Shown here: piece after piece, positions 1-12,994 of the stretch | Position numbering within the stretch: position 1 is the first letter of the stretch | Layout: the number at the start of each line of letters is the position of its first letter | Assembly: GCA_018969295.1 (NCBI GenBank) | Contig: JAGWYN010000020.1 | Coordinates: 1,919 to 65,918 of the forward strand | Source of the DNA: Chloroflexota bacterium | GTDB taxonomy: Bacteria > Chloroflexota > Anaerolineae > Caldilineales > Caldilineaceae | DNA: 64,000 nucleotides | Reading direction: 5' to 3' | The notes under the pieces: model-generated | The model's database searches: none | Seen by the model: the letters and a program-made list of their open reading frames with translations, nothing else | Told to the model about the DNA's origin: nothing | Program-made: the position numbers and the translations under genes

Positions 1-84
1 ATTGTAGTCAGTCCCACGGCGTTGGAGCCAGAAGTGGAGCCACAGATCGACAACCGGATCTACCTGCCTGCTGTCCAGCGGTAG
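1..84 (+). CDS. 3' end of a probable secreted protein with a Chloroflexi-type C-terminal YLP motif (partial, runs off the window)
   Basis: Frame 1 reads IVVSPTALEPEVEPQIDNRIYLPAVQR then TAG at 82-84. Not in the ORF track. Confidence 0.7.
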   Translation: MVVSPTALEPEVEPQIDNRIYLPAVQR

Positions 85-230
85 GCGAACCGGGAGCAGG
101 CTGGGAGAAACCCTGGCTTGGAGGATGCGAGGCTGCTGTGCCCTGGGTACAGCAGCCTTGTTTTGGTGATGAGGGGATGTTTGGGATGGGGAAGCAAGGT
201 CTGTTCAGCGCAGCTGCGGATTGGCGGGCT

Positions 231-2933
231 TCAGAGCAGGCCGGAAGCTTTGGCTTTGGCCACAGCTTCTTTGCGTGAATTGACACTCAATTTGGCAAAA
301 ATTCTTTTGAGGTGAAAATTGACAGTATTGGGGGAAATATAGAGCTCGGCTGCGATCGCCCGATTGGTCAGGTTGCGTCCGATGCCGTTGAGCACGCGCT
401 GCTCGGCTTCGGTCAGCACAGCCTGCTGACGGGGCAGCCTGGCTGCTCTCTGCTGCAGTTGCTGGGCCAACGGGGCACGGCAGGCGGGCAGCAGGGGGGC
501 CAGCCACAGCAGTTCATCCAGGACGATGCGGAGATAGCCTGTAGACGAAACCCCTTCAAGCACCGCATTCAAATTGGAAACGGCCCGTTTATGGTTGCCC
601 TGTGCCAACGCCAGCCGTGTGGCAGCCAGTTTGAATTGAAGCTTGAGTGGGACTGAGTGGATCTGTTTGTCCATGAATTCTGTCCAGCGTTCGAATGCAG
701 GGGCGAGCTGATCGGCAGATTTCCCACAGACCAGATAGACCTGGGTGTAGATGATCAGCGTTGAGGCGTGGTAGGGGGCAGGAGCGTCGTAGGGGTTGAA
801 TGCGCTTTGGGCAAGGATTTCCCAGGCGCGGCTTGGGGCGTTGGTCAGCAGATACCAGCGAGCGCGCAATGTGTCGATGGGGGTGATCCGGCTGCCTGCC
901 TGTTCTGCGTAACGGCGCTCCCAGCCATCCAGGTCGGGGGCAGGGGGGGGAGGAGGCTGGTGAGGGGCTTGTATCTGGGTGCAGACTTGGATCCACAGCT
1001 CGGCCAGCACGACCCAGAAGGGGTCGTTGAGGGCGCGGCCGAGCGCTGCTGCCAGCGCAAACTGTTCGCGTGCAGCGTCCGGCTGGTCGAGCAGATAAAG
1101 TCCAATCCCAAAACTGCAATAGACCGGGGCAAACTCGCGGAGGTGATCGGCCTGAATCTGCCGGCCGAATGCGATCAGGCGGCGATACTGTTGGACTGCT
1201 CGCATGCCGGCCCCGCTGTCAAACAGGCTGTAGGCTCGAGTCCGCTGTGCAGCAATTATACCGACTGTGCATTCTGCGCGCTGGAAAGCTGCCTCTGCCG
1301 CCTCTGCGGAGCGTTCCAGCAGCGCCAACTGGCCCGTCATCAGGCCGACATTGCTCAGGACCAGGTGGCAGGCGCCCAGTGCCAGACTTTGGGTCGGGTC
1401 AAGCAGGGGGATGGCGGCTTCTGCCTGCGCTTGTGCGTTGGCCAGGTCGCCGCGCAACAAAGTGATGCTGGCCTGCTGTGCCAGCAGTTCTTGCTGCCAG
1501 GGGTGGTGAGTTGTCTCTGGCGGCAGTGCGGCTGCCACGGTCTGCATGGCAGTGGCCAGCCGTTCGCTGTAGCCGGGGCGTTCGTTGATGATGCACTGCC
1601 AGACGGCATCCAGGGCAAGTCTGGGGGAGTGAGTGCCGGACAATGTTTCCAGGTGCTTCAGCCAGTGGTCTACCATCTGGGCTTTGCCGCGCAACAAGGC
1701 GGGCAGGCACTGTTCTTCCAGAAGACGGATCTGTGCGGCCGGGTCGTTGGCCAGCTTCAAATGGCGCAGTGCAACATCGAACTGTTTTTGTTCTGCGTAC
1801 TCGCCGGCTGCTCGGCGGTGCAGAGTGGCGACCTGTTCTGGTGTGTAGAGGAATTCCAGTTGAGACTGTAAGGTCTGGCGCAGCACGGCGTGGCATTGGT
1901 AGATCTGATCGGGCAGGCTGACAGCCATCAGCAGTGAGGTCATCTGTGCAAGTGTTTGTAGATGGACAGCACTCTCTTTTTGGAGGGTCACTGCCCGACA
2001 GAGGTCAGGGGACCATTCGTCCAGCACAGAACACTCCAGCAAAAAAGTGCGCCACCGAGAAGAGGCGTGGCCCAACAGTTCGCTGACCACATATTCTTCC
2101 AGATAGCTCTGTTCGAGTGGCAAAGCATCCTGGACCGGAGGCAAGTGGGTGATACTTTGGCCCCAGCTCTGCTGCAGGGCCAGGACGGCCAGCTGCATTC
2201 CCGCCCCCCATCCTGCTGTACGAGCGACCAGGTCTGCCAGGTCGTGCTCGTTCAGCGAAGGCGTATTCAGCGCGCCCGCAAAAAAGACACGACTTTCTTC
2301 CGCCGTAAAGTGCAGTTCGGTGGCCTTGAGCTCTTGTAGCCTTCCATCCAGTCGGTGATGGATCAGGCGCAGGGACGGCGTCTGGCGGGTGGCGATCAGC
2401 CAGTGCATGCTTTGTGGCCCCCGATCGAGTAGGGTTTGCATCACCTCGTGTACGGCTGGGCTCTGAAGGCAGTGGTAGTCGTCCAAAATGCAGAGGATCT
2501 CTTGTGCGGGCAGCGTGGGCTGGGCAAGGGTGTTGACAAGGGCAGCCAGTGCCTGATCGACGGCGCCGGTGGAGGAGAGCAGCGCGTCGACAGCGGCGGC
2601 TGTGACCGGGATGACCGGGTGGAGTGCAGCTGCCAGATAGTGCAAGAAACGAATCGGGTGGTCGTCGTCGAGATCGAGCGAAAGCCAGGCCAGCAGCGCG
2701 CGCGGCGGGGTTGGGTGATCTGCTGGCAGAGCTGCGGTGGGGGGTGCGGGCGGCTGCGGGTCAAATCGATTTCGTACCCAGTGGCTGAGGAGCGTGGTTT
2801 TGCCGTAGCCAGCCGGTGCTGTGACCAGGTTGATTCGATAGTGTCGCCAATGGTCCAGCCGCTGCATGAGTCGGCGGCGTTCGACCAGGAACTGTGTATG
2901 GGTGGGCGGGTGGAGTTTGGTCTGTAAGAGCAT
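231..2933 (-). CDS. MalT-like LuxR-family transcriptional regulator (STAND NTPase, helical repeats, C-terminal LuxR HTH)
   Basis: Walker A APAGYGKTT, Walker B LCILDDYH, C-terminal LTEAEQRVL...IAAELYISPNTVNFHLKRIFAKL HTH; 900 aa. Confidence 0.92.
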   Translation of the reverse strand: MLLQTKLHPPTHTQFLVERRRLMQRLDHWRHYRINLVTAPAGYGKTTLLSHWVRNRFDPQPPAPPTAALPADHPTPPRALLAWLSLDLDDDHPIRFLHYLAAALHPVIPVTAAAVDALLSSTGAVDQALAALVNTLAQPTLPAQEILCILDDYHCLQSPAVHEVMQTLLDRGPQSMHWLIATRQTPSLRLIHHRLDGRLQELKATELHFTAEESRVFFAGALNTPSLNEHDLADLVARTAGWGAGMQLAVLALQQSWGQSITHLPPVQDALPLEQSYLEEYVVSELLGHASSRWRTFLLECSVLDEWSPDLCRAVTLQKESAVHLQTLAQMTSLLMAVSLPDQIYQCHAVLRQTLQSQLEFLYTPEQVATLHRRAAGEYAEQKQFDVALRHLKLANDPAAQIRLLEEQCLPALLRGKAQMVDHWLKHLETLSGTHSPRLALDAVWQCIINERPGYSERLATAMQTVAAALPPETTHHPWQQELLAQQASITLLRGDLANAQAQAEAAIPLLDPTQSLALGACHLVLSNVGLMTGQLALLERSAEAAEAAFQRAECTVGIIAAQRTRAYSLFDSGAGMRAVQQYRRLIAFGRQIQADHLREFAPVYCSFGIGLYLLDQPDAAREQFALAAALGRALNDPFWVVLAELWIQVCTQIQAPHQPPPPPAPDLDGWERRYAEQAGSRITPIDTLRARWYLLTNAPSRAWEILAQSAFNPYDAPAPYHASTLIIYTQVYLVCGKSADQLAPAFERWTEFMDKQIHSVPLKLQFKLAATRLALAQGNHKRAVSNLNAVLEGVSSTGYLRIVLDELLWLAPLLPACRAPLAQQLQQRAARLPRQQAVLTEAEQRVLNGIGRNLTNRAIAAELYISPNTVNFHLKRIFAKLSVNSRKEAVAKAKASGLL

Positions 2934-3151
2934 GACTTTCTGGAAAGTGGTAAAGACTTCCCTCTGCAGAGGGCCGATCCATGGGAATAAACAAAGTAGA
3001 GGTAGTATGCCCGATCTCTGCGGGGGATAAAAATTGGTTCTTGTCGAACGGGGCGGTGACCTGAGCGTCTATCCGAAACAAGCCGATGGCGGTATAATGG
3101 AGAGGGTTGCTGGCCTGGGGGCTGGCATAAATTTTTGTAAACGGAGACACG

Positions 3152-4681
3152 ATGAACATCCTTGTGACAGGAGCGACCGGGTATGTGGGTGGGCGGCTGA
3201 TCCCACGGCTGTTGGAACGTGGCCACATGGTGCGTGTGCTGGTGCGCGACCCGCGTCGGATTGGCGGGCGTGCATGGGCGGAGCAGGTGGAGGTGGTGGC
3301 TGGGGATTTGCTGGATCCTGGGTCGGTGGCACGTGCGGTAGCAGGGGTGGACGCCGCCTACTATCTGGTGCATTCGATGGGGGCCAGCGCTGACTTTGCC
3401 AGTGTTGACCGGCAGGCGGCGGCTTTCTTTGGCCGGGCTGCCGGCAACCTGGCCCACGTCATCTATCTGGGCGGCTTGCTGCCGAAGACGCGCAACGTGT
3501 CGATTCATCTGCAGTCGCGCGCTGAGGTGGGAGCCATTTTACACGCCTACTGTCACACCACCGAGTTTCGCGCTGGCCCGATCATTGGATCGGGCTCTGC
3601 TTCGTTTGAAATGGTCCGTTATCTGACCGAGCGCCTGCCGATCATGGTCGCGCCGCGTTGGATTTTGAACGATGTGCAGCCTGTGGCCATCCGTGATGTG
3701 CTCAATTATTTGATTGCTGCGCTCGACCACGGGCCGCTGGGCATTGTCGACATCGGTGCGGAACGGTTGACCTTCAAAGAGATGATGCAGGAGTATGCGG
3801 CTGCGCGCAAGCTGCAGCGCGTCATCATTCCGCTGCCGGTGCCTTTTCCGATGGCCTTTGCGGGCGCAAGCTGGGTTGGGCTGGTGACGCCGATCCCGAA
3901 CGATCTGGCCATTCCATTGGTCGAGGGGGTGGTCGAGCCCGTCGTTGGGGATACGCGGCGTGCCCGCCAGGAATTTCCCGAGATTGAGCCGATCCGCTAC
4001 CGTCAGGCTGTGGAGCTGGCGATCAAGCGGATTGCGCGCGGCGATGTGGAGACGCGCTGGAGTGGCGCGCTGGGGGGAGCGGTCACCTATGAAATGCGAG
4101 AAGCGGAGGGGATGGTGCGCGAGGTGCGCAGCATTTACACCGAACTGCCGCCGCAGGCGCTCTTCAAAAGTTTCAGTTCGATCGGCGGAGAGCGTGGCTG
4201 GCTGGTTTGGGAATGGGCCTGGAAGATCCGCGGCGCGTTGGACAAGCTGGTCGGTGGGCCGGGCTTGCGGCGCAGCCGCCGTGACCCGATCGAACTGCTG
4301 CCGGGGGAAGCGCTGGATTTCTGGCGCGTCGAGGTCGTCGACCCACCCCATCTGCTGCGTCTGCGTGCGGAGATGAAGGTGCCAGGCCATGCCTGGCTGC
4401 AGTGGGAGAGCGTTCGAGAGGGCAGTGGCACCCGTCTGGTGCAGACTGCCCTCTTTGCTCCGACCGGCCTCTGGGGAATGCTCTACTGGTATTCGCTTTA
4501 CCCCGTGCACAAAATTATCTTCAGCGCTCTGATCCGCGCGATCGCACGCGATGCGGTCTATATGAATGTGGACGGTTTTGCGGACTGTCTGCCATCCCCG
4601 GGAGAGGTGGCGGCCGTTTCTGGCAACAACAGTGGAGAAAAACTGGCAGACAAATTCAGCCTGCCGCCTACCGAACCGTAG
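3152..4681 (+). CDS. SDR/NAD(P)-binding oxidoreductase with C-terminal DUF2867 (YbjT-like)
   Basis: ILVTGATGYVGG Rossmann motif; C-terminal GPGLRR...GEALDFWRVE...LRLRAEMKVPG typical of DUF2867. Confidence 0.88.
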   Translation: MNILVTGATGYVGGRLIPRLLERGHMVRVLVRDPRRIGGRAWAEQVEVVAGDLLDPGSVARAVAGVDAAYYLVHSMGASADFASVDRQAAAFFGRAAGNLAHVIYLGGLLPKTRNVSIHLQSRAEVGAILHAYCHTTEFRAGPIIGSGSASFEMVRYLTERLPIMVAPRWILNDVQPVAIRDVLNYLIAALDHGPLGIVDIGAERLTFKEMMQEYAAARKLQRVIIPLPVPFPMAFAGASWVGLVTPIPNDLAIPLVEGVVEPVVGDTRRARQEFPEIEPIRYRQAVELAIKRIARGDVETRWSGALGGAVTYEMREAEGMVREVRSIYTELPPQALFKSFSSIGGERGWLVWEWAWKIRGALDKLVGGPGLRRSRRDPIELLPGEALDFWRVEVVDPPHLLRLRAEMKVPGHAWLQWESVREGSGTRLVQTALFAPTGLWGMLYWYSLYPVHKIIFSALIRAIARDAVYMNVDGFADCLPSPGEVAAVSGNNSGEKLADKFSLPPTEP

Positions 4682-6345
4682 CTGGCCGCCTCGATGAAAT
4701 AGGTCTTGCCTTCCGCTACGCTGAGCGTGACCTGTGACTGGCCTCCAGAACTGTCGTCGTTGCAGGCTTGTCCGGTGAGTGCCCCGCGTTCGCCGGTAAA
4801 AACCGCCAGCACCGTATCGTAGCTGCTGCCAAAGGTGTCGACTGTGAGTGTACCCGCAGAAGGTGCCACAAACCGATACCAGACCGTCGCTGATCCTTCT
4901 CCTGCGCAGAGGGAAGGGTCGTCGGTTGCCTGGGTCGCCCTGGTGGTATCCAGCTGATGGTTGAACGGGAGCGGCGCCACCTCGACCGGACTGGAAAAAT
5001 TGTCGTTGGCGGGCGCAGGAGGGGGCGGACCGCCGGCAATGAAGGGCAGGAAGGTGCGGCTGTGCTCGCCGACCGTAAGCCAGTAGCGGGTGTACGGTCC
5101 ATAGGTCTGCCCATACAAACCAGGGAGCAGCTCCACGCTGGCATAGATGGACCCGGTGCGATCTGCTTTCCAGATCAGGTGCGCTGACGGCTCGAAGCGG
5201 GACGTCTCTCCCCAGGCAAACCGCCCCCAATTCGTTTGTGGCGCGATGCCCTCTGTATAGGTGATCGGCGTGCGCCCGTCGCTGTCGAAAAGCCAGAGGA
5301 CAGTGTGGAGGGCCGACGCTGTATCGGTGATGCTTCCGGTCAGGAACAGGTATTCCTTTCCTGCTTCGACCTCCATGCGGACCCAGTCCTGGTCGCCCTC
5401 TTCATGAAAGGTGTGCATCTGGTGGAGGAGTGTCCCGTTCATCTGCTGCGCGTCGGCGAAATGGTTGTCTGGTTCGAAGGGATCGCCGCCGAGGCAGCGG
5501 TTGGGGTCGGTGGTACAGGCGGTGATCCATTCCCAGTAGCTGGAGACGCGTGTGAAGACGTCGTACATTCCGCTTGCAATGCAACCGAACGGTCCCCAGC
5601 TGACAATTCCGATCTGTGTCCACGAGCCATTTGGCTGCTGCACCATCAGCGGGCCGCCGCTGTCGCCGTAGCAGGCACCCATTGTCAGCGTTTCATAGCC
5701 GGCGCACAACATAGCGTCTGTGATGACTTCAGTGCTCTGCTGGCATCTGGTGGGGTCGACCAGCGGGAGGGACACTTCACGCAGCGCGTCTGGGTATACA
5801 GCGCTCCACCCTGATATTTCTTTAGCACCCCATCCGATCACGGTTGCGCGCAGGTGATCGAACTCCGACGTGCCAGAAATCGTCTGGTAGAGCGAGATTG
5901 GGGTATAGGTCACCGGTGTGGAGAGGCGGATCAAGGCCAGGTCGTGGTCCAGCTGTGTAGGGTCGTAGCCGGGGTGGGGGATCACCTGGGCCCCGGGGAT
6001 GCGCGTGCCGCTGTCGGAAAGGCGGTGTGCGCCGACGAGCACATCGATCAACGAGGGTTCTTTTCCTTCGACGCAGTGGGCGGCGGTCAGCACCCACTCC
6101 TCGTCGATCAAGGAACCGCCACAAAACTGCCCTGCGTAGGTATTGGGTTGGAGAGGGTCGATCAGCGCGACCTGCCAGGGATATGCGCCGGGCTGGGCCT
6201 CGCGTCCGCCGAGGATGTCTGGGGCATGGGCAGGTTCCTGGGCGGTCACGCCGCCGGCAAACAACAGGAAACCGCCCAACATCCACAGGAGATGCAACAC
6301 CAACAAACCAACTCTTACGAGCGAGGGAGATCGTCTGGCAGTCAT
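4558..6345 (-). CDS. Secreted S1 (trypsin-fold) serine protease with C-terminal PPC-like domains
   Basis: Hydrophobic signal peptide; ILGG mature start; triad motifs [21 protein letters not shown]; DPFEPDN and ANDNF accessory modules. Confidence 0.92.
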   Translation of the reverse strand: MTARRSPSLVRVGLLVLHLLWMLGGFLLFAGGVTAQEPAHAPDILGGREAQPGAYPWQVALIDPLQPNTYAGQFCGGSLIDEEWVLTAAHCVEGKEPSLIDVLVGAHRLSDSGTRIPGAQVIPHPGYDPTQLDHDLALIRLSTPVTYTPISLYQTISGTSEFDHLRATVIGWGAKEISGWSAVYPDALREVSLPLVDPTRCQQSTEVITDAMLCAGYETLTMGACYGDSGGPLMVQQPNGSWTQIGIVSWGPFGCIASGMYDVFTRVSSYWEWITACTTDPNRCLGGDPFEPDNHFADAQQMNGTLLHQMHTFHEEGDQDWVRMEVEAGKEYLFLTGSITDTASALHTVLWLFDSDGRTPITYTEGIAPQTNWGRFAWGETSRFEPSAHLIWKADRTGSIYASVELLPGLYGQTYGPYTRYWLTVGEHSRTFLPFIAGGPPPPAPANDNFSSPVEVAPLPFNHQLDTTRATQATDDPSLCAGEGSATVWYRFVAPSAGTLTVDTFGSSYDTVLAVFTGERGALTGQACNDDSSGGQSQVTLSVAEGKTYFIEAASYGSVGGRLNLSASFSPLLLPETAATSPGDGRQSAKPSTFI

Positions 6346-6480
6346 GGAAGCCTCTATTGGAAAAAACTTAAAACGAAAGCAGCTATATTTTATAACAGTT
6401 CTGTCCAGAACAACAAAAATTTTTTTTTGACGGATTGGGTGTTAGAATGGAGCGAACAATATATTTGTCAGGAGTGCAAG

Positions 6481-7263
6481 ATGGTTGAATATCGGCAGTC
6501 TGTTTCATGGTGGTGTCTGGTGCCGGCGCTGCTCAGCCCGCAGGAGATGGTGCGTGCTGCGGCGGAGATCGGCTATGCTGCGGTAGAACTGTTGCCCGAG
6601 CTGTACTGGCCGCTGGCGCGCGAACATGGGTTGGCCATCGCTGCGGTCAACGGCCATGCTTCGATCGAAGACGGGCTCAACCGGCGTGCCAACCATGCAC
6701 GCATCGTGCGCGAGCTGGAGGCCAACATCGCCAAGGCTGCGGCTTGGGGGATCGCCAATTTGATCTGTTTCAGCGGCAATCGGGGGAACCTCGACGACAC
6801 CGCTGGGATCGAAGCGACCGCAGAGGGTCTGGCCCGGGTGGCTCGGCGGGCCGAAGAGGCCGGTGTGACCCTGGTGTTGGAGCTGCTCAACAGCAAGGTG
6901 GACCACCCCGACTACCAGGCGGACCAGACCCGCTGGGCAGTGGAGGTCTGCCGACAGGTTGGCTCGCCGGCGGTCAAGGTGCTCTATGACATCTATCACA
7001 TGCAGATTATGGAGGGGGATATTCTGCGCACGATCGAGCGGGAGCATCGTTGGTTTGGCCACTACCATACAGCAGGGAACCCCGGGCGTGCGGAGCTCGA
7101 CGCTCGCCAGGAGTTGAATTACCGCCCCATTTTCCAGGCGATCGCTGCGACAGGCTACCGTGGTTACATCGGCCACGAATTTATCCCGCGGGGGGAGGCG
7201 GTGGCTGCTTTGCGCGATGCCTATCAACTGGCAGCGCAGAGCGGGGAGGAAGGGGGCGGGTGA
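6481..7263 (+). CDS. hyi: Hydroxypyruvate isomerase family TIM-barrel protein
   Basis: [48 protein letters not shown] motifs; ATG at 6481 after AGGAG. Confidence 0.85.
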   Translation: MVEYRQSVSWWCLVPALLSPQEMVRAAAEIGYAAVELLPELYWPLAREHGLAIAAVNGHASIEDGLNRRANHARIVRELEANIAKAAAWGIANLICFSGNRGNLDDTAGIEATAEGLARVARRAEEAGVTLVLELLNSKVDHPDYQADQTRWAVEVCRQVGSPAVKVLYDIYHMQIMEGDILRTIEREHRWFGHYHTAGNPGRAELDARQELNYRPIFQAIAATGYRGYIGHEFIPRGEAVAALRDAYQLAAQSGEEGGG

Positions 7264-7282
7264 GGCAGGTCGCCTCTGCGGG

Positions 7283-8151
7283 TCAGTCGAATTCGTCGCC
7301 GGCGCGTTCGTTGAGGGTGCGTTCTCCGGCCTGTGCGGAGAGGCCTGGCTCGCGGCCGCGCAGCGAGACCCCCCGGACTCCGGGGGGGGCGGTCAGTTCT
7401 TCCTGCTGCACGACCGGGTACTGGGCCATGAGGGCAGCGTCTGCGGGCTGATTGGCAAAGTAGATTCGTTCGCGGCGCAGGGTGCGGGCAAAATCGTCGA
7501 AACCGAGTGCGTCGACGACTTCGTCCGGGCGCCCGGTGGCGCCGTTGCGCATCTGCACACGCAGAAAGATGGGATGCTCTTCGTGCACTGCGTCGTATCC
7601 CAGCGCAGCCAGCTCCAGGACCAGCGGGCGCAGGTTGTAGGTATAGCGGCTGCCTTTGCGTTCGCGTTCGCGCCAGATCGTGGTCTGTTTCAGAAAGCCA
7701 GCGATGCGTTCTGCAAGCAGAGCGTCTTCGAGCTCCCCGGGGGCGGTGTGGAGGAGGATCGTATAGTCCGCCCCGACGATCCACGGTTGGAGGGCATCCC
7801 CTGTGGGTGGAATTTCTTCGACCGACTGCACCAGGATCCCTGGCGGCACTTTGGCGCGCAGGCGCTCGGCGATCTCTGCGACCGGAAGCGGTAGAGAGAG
7901 CACGATGTCGAGCGGTTCATGGCGCCCGGTGATCCCGACCCCTAACGGTGCTGCAAATTGCAGATGGGGTTGGGGGTTGAAGCCTTGTTTGTAGAGCAAC
8001 GGCAGGTCCGCACGGCGCAGCGCACGTTCCCACAGCCGAAACTCGTCGTGGTGTGAGATGAATTTGATCGATTCGCCTTTGGCGTACCAGACGCGCACGC
8101 GCTGGCGGGCTTCGTGGGCAGGGGTGTCGGTCATCGGTGCCAGCCTCTCTT

Positions 8152-8155
<4 letters not shown>
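7283..8155 (-). CDS. Radical SAM-linked protein (TIGR03936/DUF2344 family)
   Basis: KFISHHDEFRLWERALRRADLPLLYKQGFNPQPHLQFAAPLGVG; ATGA overlap with the upstream radical SAM stop; alternative start at 8134. Confidence 0.85.
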
Positions 8156-10209
<2,054 letters not shown>

Positions 10210-10312
10210 CGGGCTTTCTCTGTCTCGTGTTGGCCTGGCCAGGGTGGGCTTTGCACCCACTGGATAGAGTTAGGTCGCTGGAGGGGGCGGGTGTTCCGCC
10301 CCTGCATGGGGA

Positions 10313-11503
10313 TTATACCACAGCGAGCGCGCGCGGAAAGGCTATGGCCAGCAGCAAGGCGCCGGCCAGCAGCAGCACCCCTGTCCCCAGAAAGACCGGG
10401 CTCAGCCCGATCTGTTGGGAGATAGCGCCCAGCAGAAAGGGGCTGAGGGTAATGCCGATCCCGCCAGCCATGTTGTAGGCGCCCAGCGCGGCTCCCCGGA
10501 TCTGTGGCTGCGCGTGCTGGGTGACAAAGGCCTGTCCGGCGGTCAGGAACATCCCGTACGAGATGCCTTCGACCACCAACGCCAGGCTGAGCTCGGCATA
10601 GCCTTTCCAAGAGGCCAGTGCGACTGCGGCAACCCCGCTGAGGGCAATGGCCAGCACCATCAGACGGTGGCTCCACCGTGGGGTGCTCAGCACGCCGAGC
10701 GGCACACGGGTCAAGGTGGAGAGCAGCCCGCGCAGGGTGTACAGCCCGCCGATGGCGGCTGCGGAGAAGCCCAGGGTGCTGGCATGGATCGGCAGGAAGC
10801 TGACCACGACGGCGCTGAAGACCGGGCTGATCAGCAGGTTGGCCAGTGCGGCGAGCAGGATGGGGCGGCTACTGGCCAGCACCCGCAGGTTGTGGAGGGG
10901 GTTGGCAGCGTGCAGGCCGGTGGCTACTTTTTTGTCGACCAGCGTGATCCAGGCCAGGGCTGCGGAGGCGATGGCAACCAGTGCCAGGATCAGCAGGCTG
11001 CCTTCTATATCGAACGACTCCGCCAGTAGCCCGCCCAGCAGCGGACCGGTGGCAAAACCGAGCCCCATGGCTGTGGTCAGCATGCCCATCGCCACCCCGC
11101 GTTCGCTGGGGGCGGCGTAGTCGCCCACCATGGCAGCGCCCATTGCAAAGACACAGACGACACCCAGCCCGAGCAGCATCTGTGCAAGCAGGAGCCAAAG
11201 CGGGGTCGGAGCCAGCGCCAGCAGGGTACTTGACAGAGCAAAGAAGAGACAGCCGGTTGCGATCAGGTGGCGGCGCCCCAGACGGTCAGAGACCAGCCCC
11301 AGCGGCACAGCGGCTGTCACCTGCGTTGCGCCGTTGAAGGCGGTCAGGCTGCCGATCAGAAGCAGCGATGCCCCGAGCTCGTGGGCACGGAGCGGCAAAA
11401 CCAGCAGGATGTAGCCGACAACGATATCGGCGGTGTAGATCACCAAAAAGAGGGCCAGCAGTTCGCGGCGCAACAGCCGCTTCCAGAGGGAAGTCAGGTG
11501 CAT
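10313..11503 (-). CDS. MFS transporter
   Basis: About 12 hydrophobic segments; motif A GLVSDRLGRRH. Confidence 0.9.
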   Translation of the reverse strand: MHLTSLWKRLLRRELLALFLVIYTADIVVGYILLVLPLRAHELGASLLLIGSLTAFNGATQVTAAVPLGLVSDRLGRRHLIATGCLFFALSSTLLALAPTPLWLLLAQMLLGLGVVCVFAMGAAMVGDYAAPSERGVAMGMLTTAMGLGFATGPLLGGLLAESFDIEGSLLILALVAIASAALAWITLVDKKVATGLHAANPLHNLRVLASSRPILLAALANLLISPVFSAVVVSFLPIHASTLGFSAAAIGGLYTLRGLLSTLTRVPLGVLSTPRWSHRLMVLAIALSGVAAVALASWKGYAELSLALVVEGISYGMFLTAGQAFVTQHAQPQIRGAALGAYNMAGGIGITLSPFLLGAISQQIGLSPVFLGTGVLLLAGALLLAIAFPRALAVV

Positions 11504-11663
11504 CAGAGTCCATTATTCTGTTTAAGATTGTGCATCGACGGGCCAATCACATAGACTATAGGGGATCGGGGCAAATCGACCAAACAGGCTGGCCTGTGCG
11601 ATTCGAATCCTGGGGGGAGGAGTGGGATGGGGGCTGTAAAAAACTGGATCAGGGGAGAAACTG

Positions 11664-12002
11664 ATGAACGTCGCTTCATTCAACGAGTATCAGCGGGCCT
11701 CGCGGCGGACCTGGCAGCGGGTGTATACCGAGCATCCGATCATCTACCCCACGCTGGGGTTGGTCAACGAAGCGGGGGAAGTTGCGGGCAAGATCAAAAA
11801 GATCTTTCGCGACAAACAGGGGGAGATCACGGAGGTGGACCGCGAGGCGCTCAAGCAGGAACTGGGCGATGTTTTGTGGTATCTGGCCCAGATTGCCACC
11901 GAGCTGGGGGTTGAGCTCGATGAGGTGGCCAGCGCCAATCTGGTCAAACTTGCTGGCCGGCTGGAACGTGGCCGGATCGGCGGTGAGGGGGACGACCGGT
12001 GA
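11664..12002 (+). CDS. MazG-like nucleoside triphosphate pyrophosphohydrolase
   Basis: LGLVNEAGEVAGKIKK...ELGDVLWYLA (ExxE...ExxD) signature. Confidence 0.88.
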   Translation: MNVASFNEYQRASRRTWQRVYTEHPIIYPTLGLVNEAGEVAGKIKKIFRDKQGEITEVDREALKQELGDVLWYLAQIATELGVELDEVASANLVKLAGRLERGRIGGEGDDR

Positions 12003-12028
12003 GGGGGACGACCGGTGAGGGGGACGAC
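11981..12028. repeat. Perfect 16-bp tandem repeat x3 (CGGTGAGGGGGACGAC) spanning the mazG-like stop codon
   Basis: Copies at 11981-11996, 11997-12012 and 12013-12028. Confidence 0.95.
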
Positions 12029-12033
12029 AAGCA

Positions 12034-12930
<897 letters not shown>

Positions 12931-12994
12931 ACAGGACTCCTTTTGTGGATGTGGGTGATCTGCCGCTCTGGATCGCTCTGGGGGCGATGCGAGC

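Noticed and set aside
3539-5230. 563-aa and other overlapping alternative ORFs in the track
   Set aside because: They overlap well-supported genes in other frames and show Arg/Pro/Ala-rich shadow composition.
11664-12002. MazG-like gene as a phage or toxin-antitoxin marker
   Set aside because: No mazEF or phage genes nearby; host-like composition.
11981-12028. Repeats read as a CRISPR array
   Set aside because: Units are adjacent with no spacers, only 12-16 bp long, and there are no cas genes.
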